From Eubacteriales bacterium (GTDB lineage Bacteria > Bacillota > Clostridia > Oscillospirales > CAG-272): a stretch of DNA of 64,000 nt. The stretch spans positions 9,911 through 73,910 of the forward strand of contig JAZNFP010000059.1 in assembly GCA_045576095.1 (NCBI GenBank), read 5' to 3'. This document shows positions 41,241-52,012 of this stretch, in pieces (position 1 is the first letter of the stretch; each line of letters begins with the position of its first letter). Both the position numbers and the translations under genes were made by a program. The notes beneath the pieces are model-generated. The model was not told where the DNA came from. It saw nothing but the letters and a program-made list of their open reading frames with translations, and ran no database searches.

Positions 41241-43702
41241 TTTCCGACCGGTTCCATACGCCAGATTTTATTTGCGTAGGTGCGAATGCTGACGTCTGAA
41301 GAGAATCTGCCCGATCTTGCAATGTTGATCAAAGAGCGACGGTTCCAATCCTCGTTCTGCTTGTAATCACCGAGTGCCTTTTCATATGCAAGGCAGTAGG
41401 AATCGAAATCGGCAAGGCACATGAATGGATCGGCAACGGTATAGCCGCCATTAAGGAGATAATCGGCAATCGACGAGAAATTCTCGCCGCCGATCGGATA
41501 TCCGAGACGGTCAACCGTACGGCGCAGACGCTCGGAGTGATGATAGAATTCGCGTGCGATATAGCCGTGTCTCCAGAGCTCATCCACCTCATAGGTGTTG
41601 AGACCGAAGATATAAACGTTCGGGTCGCCTACCGCATCAAGAATCTCGACGTTGGCTCCGTCAAGAGTACCGAGCGTGAGCGCGCCGTTCATCATCAGCT
41701 TCATATTACCGGTACCGGAAGCTTCCTTACCGGCAAGCGAAATCTGCTCGCTGATGTCGGCGGACGGAATCAGAACCTCGGCAAGACTGACGTTGTAATC
41801 CTCCATGAACACAAGCTTAAGACGGTCGCGCGTCAAGGGGTTCGATTCGAGCTCGCGGCCCAGGAAATACAGGAATTTGATCAGCTTCTTTGCCATCTGA
41901 TAGCCGGGAGCCGCTTTGGCGCCGAAAATAAAGGTTTGTGCGGGGATGTCGGCATTCGGATTCTCGCAAAGCTCCTGATACATGGAAAGGATTTTCAGAC
42001 CGTTAAGCAGCTGACGCTTATATTCGTGCATTCTCTTTACCTGCACGTCAAAGATCGAGGACGAATCGAGGATACGGCCGGTTTTCTCAAGAACGTACTT
42101 GGCAAAGCGCTCCTTATTGGCGTGCTTGACCTCGCCTACCCTTTTCAGCATCTCGGAATCGTTCGTAAAGCGCTCAAGCTCCGCGAGCTTCTCGGGATTC
42201 TCAATAAAGCCGTCGCCAATGCTCTCGGTAATGAGCGAGGTGAGCCCGGGGTTGGCAGAGGCAAGCCAGCGACGGTGGAAAACGCCGTTGGTAACGTTTG
42301 TGAATTTCCAAGGCGTCATTTTGTAGAAGTCGTGAAAAACAGTCTTCTTAAGAATATCGCTGTGCAACGCCGAAACGCCGTTGACGGTATGAGAGCCGAC
42401 GACCGAAAGGTTCGCCATTCTTACCTGACCGTAAGCGACGATCGCCATGCGGGAAATACGGTCCCAGTCACCCGGATACAGTTCCCAAAGATTCGCGCAG
42501 AAGCGGCGGTTGATCTCCTCAACAATCGTGAAGATACGCGGCAGACGAAGACGGAAAAGATCAACTCTCCAGCATTCCAGCGCCTCGGGAAGCACCGTAT
42601 GGTTGGTGTAGCTGACCGTTTTCACAACGGTTTCCCAAGCATCCTCCCAGGAATAGGAGTACACGTCCATCAGAATCCGCATCAGCTCGGGAACGCAAAG
42701 TGCCGGATGCGTATCGTTGATGTGTATTGCAATCTTATCCGAGAAGCCTGCAAGCGATCCGTAGGTTGCGTAATAATCGCTGAAAATGCTCTGCAGCGAT
42801 GCAGAAACGAGGAAATACTGCTGCGTCAGGCGCAGAAGCTTGCCTTCGTCATAGTTATCCGGCGGATAGAGCTGACGGGTAATTTCCTCCGCCTTGTTTT
42901 TCCCCTCAAGCGACTTGACGTAATCCCCCTGCGTCCCAAACGGGAGACCGGGAACCGATACGTCTTTTGCGCGCCAAAGGCGGAGCGTATTCACAGCATT
43001 GGTTTGGGTGCCCGGGATCATCAGATCGTACGCAACGGCACGAACCTCGTCGTACTCGGTATTTTCAACCGTCAGACGACCGTTTTTCCACTCCTCCTTG
43101 ATCTGTCCGCCGAAACGAACGCTAACGCTCTTTTCGGGGCGCGGAACCAGCCAAGCGCCTCCCTTTTCGATCCACTCATCGGGAATCTCTACCTGCTCAC
43201 CGTCTACCAGCTTCTGACGGAAGAGACCGTTTTCGTAAAGCAAGGAATATCCGCTTGCGAAATAGTCGAGCGCGGTCAGCGAATCCATAAAGCAGGCAGC
43301 AAGCCGACCGAGTCCGCCGTTCCCGAGTCCGGGGTCAATCTCACAGGCAAAGACCTCGTCAAAGGTGCGACCGTATTTGCCGAGAACCGTCTTTAGAGAA
43401 TCGAACATACCGAGATTTCGAAGGTTGTTCTGAAGCGAACGGCCAATCAAAAACTCCATACAAAGATAGCAAACGCGCTTGCTTTCCGATGCTTTGGTAC
43501 GGCGCTTGAACTCGGTGCGGTTCTTGTTCAAAACGTCCTTGACGACGTACACGACCGCGTGATAGAGCTGCTCGGGAGTTGCCGACGCAGGGTCGGTTAC
43601 ACCTCTTGAAAGAAGCTTTGCAGCAAGCTTCTTTTCAAGCTCCTCGATGTTCATAGAACGATGTTTGCTTGCAATCTGCTTAGGGGATGCTTTGGTGCTC
43701 AT
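41237..43702 (-). CDS. glgP: Glycogen/alpha-glucan phosphorylase
   Basis: ...YLCMEFLIGRSL..., ...GLGNGGLGRLAACF..., PLP site ...EASGTGNMKLMMNGALT... Confidence 0.95.
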   Translation of the reverse strand: MSTKASPKQIASKHRSMNIEELEKKLAAKLLSRGVTDPASATPEQLYHAVVYVVKDVLNKNRTEFKRRTKASESKRVCYLCMEFLIGRSLQNNLRNLGMFDSLKTVLGKYGRTFDEVFACEIDPGLGNGGLGRLAACFMDSLTALDYFASGYSLLYENGLFRQKLVDGEQVEIPDEWIEKGGAWLVPRPEKSVSVRFGGQIKEEWKNGRLTVENTEYDEVRAVAYDLMIPGTQTNAVNTLRLWRAKDVSVPGLPFGTQGDYVKSLEGKNKAEEITRQLYPPDNYDEGKLLRLTQQYFLVSASLQSIFSDYYATYGSLAGFSDKIAIHINDTHPALCVPELMRILMDVYSYSWEDAWETVVKTVSYTNHTVLPEALECWRVDLFRLRLPRIFTIVEEINRRFCANLWELYPGDWDRISRMAIVAYGQVRMANLSVVGSHTVNGVSALHSDILKKTVFHDFYKMTPWKFTNVTNGVFHRRWLASANPGLTSLITESIGDGFIENPEKLAELERFTNDSEMLKRVGEVKHANKERFAKYVLEKTGRILDSSSIFDVQVKRMHEYKRQLLNGLKILSMYQELCENPNADIPAQTFIFGAKAAPGYQMAKKLIKFLYFLGRELESNPLTRDRLKLVFMEDYNVSLAEVLIPSADISEQISLAGKEASGTGNMKLMMNGALTLGTLDGANVEILDAVGDPNVYIFGLNTYEVDELWRHGYIAREFYHHSERLRRTVDRLGYPIGGENFSSIADYLLNGGYTVADPFMCLADFDSYCLAYEKALGDYKQNEDWNRRSLINIARSGRFSSDVSIRTYANKIWRMEPVGK

Positions 43703-43741
43703 GGGTAAGTGAAACCTTTCTTTGAAATATCATTCGGAAGC

Positions 43742-45154
43742 TTAAAGCTGCCGATAAAGCTCGCCGTACCGAACGGCAGAGGACGACCACGTAAAATCGC
43801 TGGACATGGCACCCTTTCTCAGAGCGCTCCAGCCATCTTCGCTTCTGTAAAGCGAAACGGCATCCTTGATTCGGTAAAGAAGCTCGTGTGCATTGAAATT
43901 CTTGAACACGAAGCCGTTGACCTCGGGCTTGATCGTGTCGTAAAGTCCGCCGACGGCACGTACAATCGGAACCGTACCGTATGCGCAGGCGATCATCTGT
44001 GCGAGACCGCAGGGCTCGGATTTTGAGGGCATCAGAAATACGTCAGCCGCTGCATAAATGCGCTTGGAAAGCGATCGGTCAAAGCGAATTTCGGCCTTTG
44101 CCTTTCCCGGATAGCGCGAGCAGAGCTCGGAGAAGAGTCGCTCATACTCTGCATCTCCCGTTCCGAGAAGGACGAAACGGACGTTTTCCGCCATCATTTC
44201 ATCAAAGATGTGCAATAGCAGATCAACGCCCTTTCCGTGCGTTAGGCGCGTAATCATCGCAACAAGGGGCGCACTCGGATCATCGTCGAGTCCGAGCTCG
44301 GCACAAAGTGCGGCTCGGTTTTTCCTCTTTCCCTCGGCCACGCTTGCCGCATCGTACGGAAAAGGAATATCTCCGCCTGTGCTCGGCGAGAAATACGCAG
44401 TATCAATGCCGTTGATAATGCCGCTGAGCTTATAGCCGTACAGATTGATGATGTGCTGAAGTCCATAGGCAAAAAACGCCTGGCGGATCTCGCCCGCATA
44501 ATTCGGACTGACGGTAGTAACGCGATCGGCACATACGATCGCACCCTTCATCAGATTGATGCAGCCGTCATACTCAACGATTCCCGTAAAAGCATAATCC
44601 AGCGCAAAAATATCGCCGAGAATGGAAAGATCGTATTTCCCCTGATACTCAATATTATGAATCGTGAAAACCGTTCGGATACCCGAAAGTTGTCCTACGG
44701 CTCTGAATTTGGTCTTGAGATACACGACGGTCAGCGCCGTCTGCCAATCGTTTGCATGCAGAACGTCGGGACGGAAATCCGATCGAATTAAAAACTCAAG
44801 CACGGCAAGTGAAAAATAGGCAAATCGCTCGCCATCGTCAAACTGTCCGTAAAGATTCGGGCGATCAAAATACTGCTCGTTATCAACGAAGTAATAAACA
44901 ACGCCTTGAAAATCAAGAGAATAAACGGCACAGTATGCGGTTCTCCAGCCGTATGAAAAATGAAATTCCAAGACTTTTTTCAAGGCAGAAGCATATTTTT
45001 CTGCCATTTTCTTTTTGTAATACGGCAAAATGACACGAACGTCATCCGTGGGGGAAACGCGCTTCATTTCGGGAGGAAGAGCCCCCATGACGTCGCCAAG
45101 TCCCCCGCTTGCCGCAAAGGGGGCGGCCTCGCTCGTTACGTACAAAAGCTTCAT
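43742..45154 (-). CDS. glgA: Glycogen synthase (ADP-glucose type)
   Basis: MKLLYVTSEAAPFAASGGLGDVMGALP... (KxGGL-type motif variant) and ...PSKSEPCGLAQM... Confidence 0.95.
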   Translation of the reverse strand: MKLLYVTSEAAPFAASGGLGDVMGALPPEMKRVSPTDDVRVILPYYKKKMAEKYASALKKVLEFHFSYGWRTAYCAVYSLDFQGVVYYFVDNEQYFDRPNLYGQFDDGERFAYFSLAVLEFLIRSDFRPDVLHANDWQTALTVVYLKTKFRAVGQLSGIRTVFTIHNIEYQGKYDLSILGDIFALDYAFTGIVEYDGCINLMKGAIVCADRVTTVSPNYAGEIRQAFFAYGLQHIINLYGYKLSGIINGIDTAYFSPSTGGDIPFPYDAASVAEGKRKNRAALCAELGLDDDPSAPLVAMITRLTHGKGVDLLLHIFDEMMAENVRFVLLGTGDAEYERLFSELCSRYPGKAKAEIRFDRSLSKRIYAAADVFLMPSKSEPCGLAQMIACAYGTVPIVRAVGGLYDTIKPEVNGFVFKNFNAHELLYRIKDAVSLYRSEDGWSALRKGAMSSDFTWSSSAVRYGELYRQL

Positions 45155-45165
45155 AGTCCCTCCTG

Positions 45166-46296
45166 TCAGACGTGCTTACCCTTACCGACGTAGAACGGAT
45201 GTGTATCGTGTCCCGAGAGATGGCAGGAATCGGAGATCGTGACCGACTTATCGGCAACGATACAGTTCACAGAACTGTTTTCACCGATGATACAATTTCC
45301 AAACAGAATCGAATTCTTTACAACGGCGCCGCGCCCAACCTTAACTCCGCGAAACAGAATCGAGTTCTCAACGTGTCCCATAATCACGCAGTCATCAGCA
45401 ATCATGCTGTTGACAACGTCCGCTTTCCCTTTATAAAGGCACGGAGCAGAATTGTGAACGCGCGTATAGATCGGGCGCTCACGGCAACCGAGCAGCGAGA
45501 TGCGCGCATCGGGATCGGTTGCAAGACGAATGCTGCTTTCATAGTAATCCATGAAGGTTCCGACGGGGGCGACGAATCCACGGTAGCAATAGGTATAGAA
45601 ATTGGATTTTCCGGGTTCCTTCATCATAATATCGTCGGTCATGCTGCGGTAATTATGCGCCTTGGCAATTTCAACGATCTGCTGAAGGTATACTGTGTCC
45701 ACAACGTAGATATTGAGCGAACGCTCGGGATGAGAGGCGGTTTGACGGGTCGATTTCACGATATCCAGGATCTTTCCGTCCTCATCGGTCTGCAGCATCA
45801 TTTGGGGAACCTTGGCAAGATAAGTAGGCGTGCAGGGCGCAGTCACCACCGTGAGATCCGCACCGTTCGCGCGATGGACCGAGATGACGGCATTCAGATC
45901 AATATTCAGAAGATTGTCGCAGTCCGAGAGAACGACGACGTCGCTTTTCATACCGAAAATATGCTCCGACATGCTGAGGATCGCCTCAAGCCTGTGAGAA
46001 TACATCGGGGCATCTGCCGAATGTGCGCACTGATAAGGCGAGATGGTTTTGATACCGCCGTCACGGCGCGCGAGATCCCAGTCCTTACCGCTTCCGATAT
46101 GCTCTGCAAGCGAGCGATAGTTATAGTTGGCAACGATGCTGATATCGACGATATCAGAGTTAACCATATTGGAAAGCGCAAAATCGACGAGACGGTAGCG
46201 ACATCCGAACGGGATGGCCGCTACGGTTCTGTCAGGAGTAAGACGCGAGAGGGTGTTATCGTTCAGATTGGAGAAAATAATTCCGCTGGTGCTCAT
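45166..46296 (-). CDS. glgD: Glucose-1-phosphate adenylyltransferase, GlgD subunit
   Basis: A GlgC paralogue lacking the GGxGxRL motif (...[39 protein letters not shown]...). 4-nt overlap with glgC. Confidence 0.9.
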   Translation of the reverse strand: MSTSGIIFSNLNDNTLSRLTPDRTVAAIPFGCRYRLVDFALSNMVNSDIVDISIVANYNYRSLAEHIGSGKDWDLARRDGGIKTISPYQCAHSADAPMYSHRLEAILSMSEHIFGMKSDVVVLSDCDNLLNIDLNAVISVHRANGADLTVVTAPCTPTYLAKVPQMMLQTDEDGKILDIVKSTRQTASHPERSLNIYVVDTVYLQQIVEIAKAHNYRSMTDDIMMKEPGKSNFYTYCYRGFVAPVGTFMDYYESSIRLATDPDARISLLGCRERPIYTRVHNSAPCLYKGKADVVNSMIADDCVIMGHVENSILFRGVKVGRGAVVKNSILFGNCIIGENSSVNCIVADKSVTISDSCHLSGHDTHPFYVGKGKHV

Positions 46297-47471
46297 GCAA
46301 TGGTTCCTCCCTTCCCGTTATTTTCGGACGCCGTGAGCCGACTTCCCTTTGCTACGACCGTAATATCGCTTCTGTCAGCATCCTCCTTGCCAACCGTTAC
46401 GCCGGCACCGATGACCGAATCGCTGTCAACGATACTGTAACAAACTCTGGCACCCGATTCTATCTTGACGTCTGCCAAAATAACCGAGTTGGAAACGTAT
46501 GCATCGCGAGCAATCTCAACACCGCCCGAAATCACCGAATTTTCAACCTGACCGTGGATTACACAGCCCTCGGAGATCATCGAATTGCGTATAACGGCAC
46601 TCGGACCGACAAACTGCGGCGGCCTTGCCGTGTTCTTCGAATAAATGCGGAGAGACTTATCGCTGAGATTCAGCTCCGGAGAGTCGGCAAGCAGATCCAT
46701 GTTTGCTTCCCAGAGACTGCTGATGGTTCCGACGTCCTTCCAGTATCCCGAAAAAGGATAGGCAAAAAGTCTCTCGCCCGAACGAAGCAGGTTCGGAATC
46801 ACGTTCTTTCCGAAATCCTTTGAGGAGTTCGGGTCGGCCTCATCAAGAACTAAGTAATCAATCAGCGTTTTCGTGTTGAAGATGTAAATGCCCATCGATG
46901 CCTGATCGTTTTTAGGCTGCGCGGGCTTTTCCTCAAACTCGTAAATCGAGCCGTCGGGATTGGTATTGCAAATGCCGAAGCGAGATGCCTCCTCGATCGG
47001 CACGGTGATGGTCGCGACCGTACAAGCGGCGTTATGCGCCTTGTGATAAGCGAGCATCTTTCGGTAGTCCATCTTATAAATATGATCCCCTGAGAGAATC
47101 AAAACGTAATCGGGATCAAATTTTCGGATAAAATTGATATTTTGGAATATGGCGTTCGCCGTTCCTTTATACCAGTCTGCGTTACGCCCGTTCTGATACG
47201 GCGGAAGCACACTGAGACCTCCGCGTGCGCGGTCGAGATCCCACGGCGCACCGTTGCCGATATATTCATTGAGCGCAAGCGGCTCGTACTGGGTCAGGAC
47301 GCCAACCGTATCAATTCCCGAATTGATACAGTTGGAAAGCGGGAAATCAATAATTCGATACTTTCCTCCGTAGCTGACCGCCGGCTTTGCCGTCTGCTTG
47401 GTAAGATCGTAGAGACGACTTCCCTGACCTCCTGCCAGCAGCATGGCGATACATTCCTTTTTACAGTACAT
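46293..47471 (-). CDS. glgC: Glucose-1-phosphate adenylyltransferase
   Basis: ...[44 protein letters not shown]... Confidence 0.95.
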   Translation of the reverse strand: MYCKKECIAMLLAGGQGSRLYDLTKQTAKPAVSYGGKYRIIDFPLSNCINSGIDTVGVLTQYEPLALNEYIGNGAPWDLDRARGGLSVLPPYQNGRNADWYKGTANAIFQNINFIRKFDPDYVLILSGDHIYKMDYRKMLAYHKAHNAACTVATITVPIEEASRFGICNTNPDGSIYEFEEKPAQPKNDQASMGIYIFNTKTLIDYLVLDEADPNSSKDFGKNVIPNLLRSGERLFAYPFSGYWKDVGTISSLWEANMDLLADSPELNLSDKSLRIYSKNTARPPQFVGPSAVIRNSMISEGCVIHGQVENSVISGGVEIARDAYVSNSVILADVKIESGARVCYSIVDSDSVIGAGVTVGKEDADRSDITVVAKGSRLTASENNGKGGTIA

Positions 47472-47503
47472 GGTCCACCTCCAACATCACGATTTTTGTT
47501 GAT

Positions 47504-49417
47504 TCATAAAGACGATTTTACTTTGCGCTGTCGCTTAATCACCACGCCGGCAAACGGCGGAAGATCTAGTGAAAGAGACCCGTTCTCTCCCTCGGCACAG
47601 TACGGAAGCGGCGCACGCGCTCCACCCCCGAAGGAGTCAAAAACGATGCGGTATTCCCCTTTCTCAAAAACCGGAATACGGTATCCGTGAAGCTCCGCGC
47701 CGGAAAAGGAAAGTACGATGATCAGCTCCTCACCGCCAATCGCTCGCCGCCGAAAGGAAACGAGATTGTGTCCGGCATCGTCCGGGTCAATCCAAGAAAA
47801 GCCTTCCTCGACGAAATCCTGCTCCCAAAGCGCCGGTTGAGAAAGATAGAACTGGCCAAGCGAGGCCACGTATTCGCGCATGGCATAATGGTTTGGATAC
47901 TCAAGCATAAACCATTCGAGCGAATCGTCGAAATTCCACTCGCGGTACTGAGCAAATTCCGTTCCCATAAACAAAAGCTTTTTACCGGGATAAGTCATCT
48001 GCAAGAGGAGCGCGGTTCTCATCTGCTTGAATTTATCTTCGTTATTTCCGCTGATTTTCCCGATCAGCGACTGCTTTCCATGTACAACCTCATCGTGTGA
48101 AATCGGCAGAACGTAGTTCTCACCAAAGGCATACATTAGCGGAAAATTGAGTGCCGAATGATGATATTTGCGATAAACGGGATCCAAAGCAAGATAAGCG
48201 TAGAAATCGTTTGCCCATCCCATATTCCATTTCAGCCCAAACCCGAGTCCGCCGCTTGAAACGGGATGTGTCAGACGACCGAACGCGGTCGACTCCTCCG
48301 CGATCATCAGCGCATCGGGGAACTCGCTGTATACCGTTTGATTGAGCTTCTGAAGGAAAGCGATCGACTCGAGATTCAGGTTCCCTCCGTATGCGTTGGG
48401 AATCCATTCCCCCGGCATGCGGTCGTAATCCAGATAAAGCATCGAGGAAACGGCGTCGACGCGAAGACCGTCAATATGATACTCTCTGAGCCAGAACATC
48501 GCCGACGATACAAGAAAGCTCTGCACCTCCTCGCGACCGACGTCGAAAAATCGCGTTCCCCACGAGCGAGACTCCATGCGATCCCGCCCCTGATATTCGT
48601 AGAGCGGCCGCCCGTCAAACTCATAGAGCCCCCACGCATCCTTCGGAAAATGCGCCGGAACCCAGTCGAGGAGCACGCCAACGCCCGCGCAGTGAAAAGC
48701 GTTCACGAAGGCTCTGAACTCATCCGGCGTTCCAAAGCGCGACGTCGGAGCAAAAAAGGCTCCGACCTGATAGCCCCAAGACCCGTCATAGGGAAACTCG
48801 GTAATCGGGAGAATCTCAATATGCGTATATCCGAGAGATTTGACGTACGGAACGAGTCGTTCCGCCAGCTCGGTGTAGCTCAAATACGAACCGTCCTCAT
48901 GACGGGCAAAGGAGCCGAGATGGAGCTCGTAGATATTGATCGGCGTCGGAAGATATCTTCCTTTTTTCGAGCAAATCGTCTTTTTCCTCTCGGAAAGCCA
49001 CCGAGCGTCCTCCCAGACAAACGAACTGTCCCCAACAATGATCGATGCCCCGTCGTCCGCACCCTTGGAGGCACGCGCATAAGGATCGCCCTTCAGATGA
49101 ATTCCGTGCGGCGAGGCAATCCGTAGCTTATACGACGCCCCGATATAGCTTTTCCCGGAAAAAAGTACAAGCTCCCAGACGCCGCCTTCTGTAACGCGCG
49201 ACATAGGAAGCCCGCTTTGCCAATCACAAAAATCTCCGACAACAGAAACCTGCTCCGCTCCGGGCGCCCAAGTACGAAATGTATAACAATACCCATTTTC
49301 ATCCTCGGTCACAAAGCATCCCAGATAATCGTATGCACGCGAATGTGTCCCCTGATGGAAAAAAAATGCATCCAAGGAGCGGTCAGCCGTTCTTTTCTTC
49401 GTCCGTTCTTTTGCCAT
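47504..49417 (-). CDS. glgB: 1,4-alpha-glucan branching enzyme
   Basis: ...GYTHIEILPITEFPYDGSWGYQ..., ...VLLDWVPAHFPKD..., ...GLRVDAVSSMLY..., ...MIAEEST..., ...LPISHDEVVHGK... Confidence 0.95.
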   Translation of the reverse strand: MAKERTKKRTADRSLDAFFFHQGTHSRAYDYLGCFVTEDENGYCYTFRTWAPGAEQVSVVGDFCDWQSGLPMSRVTEGGVWELVLFSGKSYIGASYKLRIASPHGIHLKGDPYARASKGADDGASIIVGDSSFVWEDARWLSERKKTICSKKGRYLPTPINIYELHLGSFARHEDGSYLSYTELAERLVPYVKSLGYTHIEILPITEFPYDGSWGYQVGAFFAPTSRFGTPDEFRAFVNAFHCAGVGVLLDWVPAHFPKDAWGLYEFDGRPLYEYQGRDRMESRSWGTRFFDVGREEVQSFLVSSAMFWLREYHIDGLRVDAVSSMLYLDYDRMPGEWIPNAYGGNLNLESIAFLQKLNQTVYSEFPDALMIAEESTAFGRLTHPVSSGGLGFGLKWNMGWANDFYAYLALDPVYRKYHHSALNFPLMYAFGENYVLPISHDEVVHGKQSLIGKISGNNEDKFKQMRTALLLQMTYPGKKLLFMGTEFAQYREWNFDDSLEWFMLEYPNHYAMREYVASLGQFYLSQPALWEQDFVEEGFSWIDPDDAGHNLVSFRRRAIGGEELIIVLSFSGAELHGYRIPVFEKGEYRIVFDSFGGGARAPLPYCAEGENGSLSLDLPPFAGVVIKRQRKVKSSL

Positions 49418-49444
49418 TGTTCTGCCCCTCCTTCATTTTTGAAT

Positions 49445-49473
49445 ATTTTAGCACAAAAATATGAATTTGTCAA
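49445..49473 (-). promoter_or_regulatory. Consensus sigma-A promoter of the glycogen operon
   Basis: Minus strand TTGACA (49468-49473), 17 nt, TGcTAAAAT (-10 at 49445-49450). The leader to the glgB ATG is short. Confidence 0.7.
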
Positions 49474-49614
49474 TGTTTAAGCAACTTTTCTTGTGTATTT
49501 TTGCTCAAAAATTTGTCTTTTATACCCCAAAATCTGTATTTTCTATCAAACAAGTACGCGAGACCGCCCATTTCCCGTCTTCAAACGACGCGAAAGCGGC
49601 GGTCTCAGGATAGC

Positions 49615-50469
49615 TTAGAGCAAAATCGAGCAATGACGAGCAACGTGACAATTGATATTGACGGCGACGGGAAGCCCGGCAATATGAGTCGGAGCCGCCT
49701 CGATATGTACCGCAAGCGCCGTTGTACTGCCGCCAAAGCCCTGGGGACCGATTCCAAGACGATTAATCTCCTCGAGCATGCGCGCCTCAAGTGCCGCATA
49801 TCTCGGATCCGATGACGGTTCACCGAGCGTACGGGTAAGCGCGTGCTTTGCAAGAATCGCGCATCCTTCAAAATCAGAGCCGATTCCGATCCCAACCGTG
49901 ATCGGTGGGCAGGGGTTGCTCCCGGCAAGCCGAACCGAATCCAAAACGAATCGAACGACATCGTCCTCGGTTGCAGACGGTGTCATCATCGAAATTCGGC
50001 TCATATTCTCGCTGCCAAAGCCCTTAGGCGCCGCCGTGAGACGAAGCTTGTCACCGAAAACGGTCTTGATATGCAAAATCGCCGGGGTGTTATCTCCGGT
50101 ATTTTCTCTCCGATAAAGCGGATCATTAACGACCGACATCCGCAGCTTACCCGAGGTATAAGCGTCGCGCACGCCCAAATTAACGGCATTCTCAAGCGTA
50201 TCGCCCTCCACGTGAACCAGCGATCCAAGCTCCGCGAACAGAACGGCCATTCCGGTATCCTGACAGATGGGCACGCCGCGCGTTGCCGCAATCGAGAGAT
50301 TCTCACGAAGCGAGGAAAGAACGCTCTTGGCAATCGGCGTTTTTTCGGCGGCCTCTGCCCGTTCAAGTGCCGACTCGACGTCTGCCCCGAGACAATGATT
50401 TGCCTCGGCAAAAAGCCGACTCACAGCTGCTCTGATTTCGTCGGCCGGGATTCGCCTGATCTCGTCCAT
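49615..50469 (-). CDS. Class I (Fe-S) fumarate hydratase / tartrate dehydratase, alpha subunit only
   Basis: ...RGVPICQDTGMAVLFAELG..., ...AAPKGFGSENMS..., ...NINCHVARH... The ~284-aa size is typical of the alpha subunit. Confidence 0.85.
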   Translation of the reverse strand: MDEIRRIPADEIRAAVSRLFAEANHCLGADVESALERAEAAEKTPIAKSVLSSLRENLSIAATRGVPICQDTGMAVLFAELGSLVHVEGDTLENAVNLGVRDAYTSGKLRMSVVNDPLYRRENTGDNTPAILHIKTVFGDKLRLTAAPKGFGSENMSRISMMTPSATEDDVVRFVLDSVRLAGSNPCPPITVGIGIGSDFEGCAILAKHALTRTLGEPSSDPRYAALEARMLEEINRLGIGPQGFGGSTTALAVHIEAAPTHIAGLPVAVNINCHVARHCSILL

Positions 50470-50515
50470 CGATGCATCCTTCCGTCAAGTGATAGATTAA
50501 AAAGAAGGGAGAGCG

Positions 50516-51085
50516 TCAAACTGTCAGATCATGCGGAAGAAACGCTCCTTGCGCTAACCCGAGCTGACCTGCCGTGTATCTCCGAATAGCCCTCTTCGCC
50601 TTTAGTTTAGCACATTTTCCGCGACAAATCAATAGTATACGGCACAACAGACGGAAAATTTTTGATAAAAGCAACCGAATCGGATAAAGAATCAATCCGA
50701 CGGGAAGCAAAAGCAATTCCAGGGCAATTGATAGAAGGGGGGAGACTATGCGAACCGAAAATCTCCCGTAAATCCTCCTGACGCAAATGAACCCCAAAAG
50801 GAAGCACCCGACGTGCGGTAACCCCATCATGCCACCCAGAACGCCGAAATCGTACACCGTCAGCAAACCGAAAACAAGCAGCACGGCGAGCAGGTCCGCT
50901 CCAAAGGATGCAAAGGCGCCAAGCGGCCGCGGGCATCGGAGCCGAGGCATGCAGCTCAGCTTCAGATATCTTGGGGCATAGCCGTTTCTAAGCAACGCAG
51001 CAAGCGAAAAGAAAAGCAGCAGAATTGCATATCCGATTGCTCCGAGCAAAAGCGAAGTCGCAAGCTCTCTCAAGGTCTGCATCAT
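50516..51085 (-). CDS. yabQ: Spore cortex biosynthesis protein YabQ-like membrane protein
   Basis: Polytopic membrane ORF overlapping the yabP stop by 4 nt. Assigned mainly from the conserved yabP-yabQ synteny. Confidence 0.55.
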   Translation of the reverse strand: MMQTLRELATSLLLGAIGYAILLLFFSLAALLRNGYAPRYLKLSCMPRLRCPRPLGAFASFGADLLAVLLVFGLLTVYDFGVLGGMMGLPHVGCFLLGFICVRRIYGRFSVRIVSPLLSIALELLLLPVGLILYPIRLLLSKIFRLLCRILLICRGKCAKLKAKRAIRRYTAGQLGLAQGAFLPHDLTV

Positions 51086-51351
51086 TTCCTGCGAAAAAGT
51101 CCGCCCTTTCCCTTTTCTGATCCGGCAAGATACTGAACCGACAGGATTTCACCGTCTGCTGTCACAATTCGGTTCCCAACCGAAAGCTCACCGATGTGAA
51201 GTGAATTCCCTTCAATCAGAAGCTTCCCCTCAGCAAGTCGGAGAAGAATCATCTCCTCGTCAAAGCTATCAACGGAATCGACTCCGCTGATCTCAATTCT
51301 CTTCCTGTCACGGATTACGACCGAATGATTCTCCCGCATCTTCTCTTCCAT
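51082..51351 (-). CDS. yabP: Sporulation protein YabP
   Basis: MEEKMRENHSVVIRDRKRIEISGVDSVDSFDEEMILLRLAEGKLLIEGNSLHIGELSV... matches the YabP/YqfC pattern. The track start at 51444 is an upstream extension. Confidence 0.85.
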   Translation of the reverse strand: MEEKMRENHSVVIRDRKRIEISGVDSVDSFDEEMILLRLAEGKLLIEGNSLHIGELSVGNRIVTADGEILSVQYLAGSEKGKGGLFRRK

Positions 51352-51412
51352 AAAAACAGCCCCCGCATTCGTTGTAATACAACTTATGCGGGGGAAAATC
51401 GCAATATTCCGA

Positions 51413-51655
51413 TTATGAGAGCACCTCGTACATATCCGCAGCATCGGACTTTTTCGTACTGTCGAGTATCGCAGTCACGCGGACACGAAGCGGCTTGGAA
51501 CCAAATCCAATCTCGATAATGTCACCGAGCTTGACGTCATACGAAGCCTTCGCCACACGACCGTTCACGGTAATGTGCGAGGCGTCGCACGCATCGTTCG
51601 CAACCGTTCTGCGCTTAATGATGCGAGACACCTTCAAATACTTATCAAGCCTCAC
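51413..51655 (-). CDS. S4-domain RNA-binding protein (YabO/Hsp15-like)
   Basis: [49 protein letters not shown]... Confidence 0.85.
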   Translation of the reverse strand: MRLDKYLKVSRIIKRRTVANDACDASHITVNGRVAKASYDVKLGDIIEIGFGSKPLRVRVTAILDSTKKSDAADMYEVLS

Positions 51656-51671
51656 GGATTCGTACCGTATC

Positions 51672-51947
51672 TCAACCGTTGAGCTTTGCCTTCAGAGCCT
51701 TGCTGGCAGTAAAGGTGGGGCGCTTGGAAGCGGCGATCTTAATCTTCTCCTGAGTCTGAGGATTGATACCCTCGCGCTCCTTGGTCTCCTTAACCTCGAA
51801 GTTACCAAAGCCGATCAGCTGAACGCGATCGCCATCAACGAGCGCATCCTCGATTGCCTTCAAAGCGGCGTTCACTGCAGCCTCGGCCTCTTTCTTCTTC
51901 AGTCCGGACTCGTTAGCAACGACGTCAATAAGTTGGGTCTTGTTCAT
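51672..51947 (-). CDS. hup: HU-family DNA-binding protein
   Basis: [65 protein letters not shown]... Confidence 0.95.
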   Translation of the reverse strand: MNKTQLIDVVANESGLKKKEAEAAVNAALKAIEDALVDGDRVQLIGFGNFEVKETKEREGINPQTQEKIKIAASKRPTFTASKALKAKLNG

Positions 51948-51983
51948 GGTTATATCACCTTTCTTTTATTTATTTCCATGTGC

Positions 51984-52012
51984 ATTATAGCATCCGAAAA
52001 TTGAAATAGCAA
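51984..52012 (-). promoter_or_regulatory. Sigma-A-type promoter of hup
   Basis: Minus strand TTGCTA (52007-52012), 17 nt, TGcTATAAT (-10 at 51984-51989). Confidence 0.7.

Noticed and set aside
41537-43396. 619-aa ORF on the plus strand
   Set aside because: It lies entirely antisense to the strongly supported glgP gene. It has no RBS or recognisable motifs, and its composition (R/G/V/N-rich, low complexity) is typical of shadow ORFs opposite codon-biased genes.
45172-46440. 422-aa ORF on the plus strand spanning the glgD/glgC junction
   Set aside because: It is an antisense shadow ORF across two well-supported genes, with no start context or motifs.
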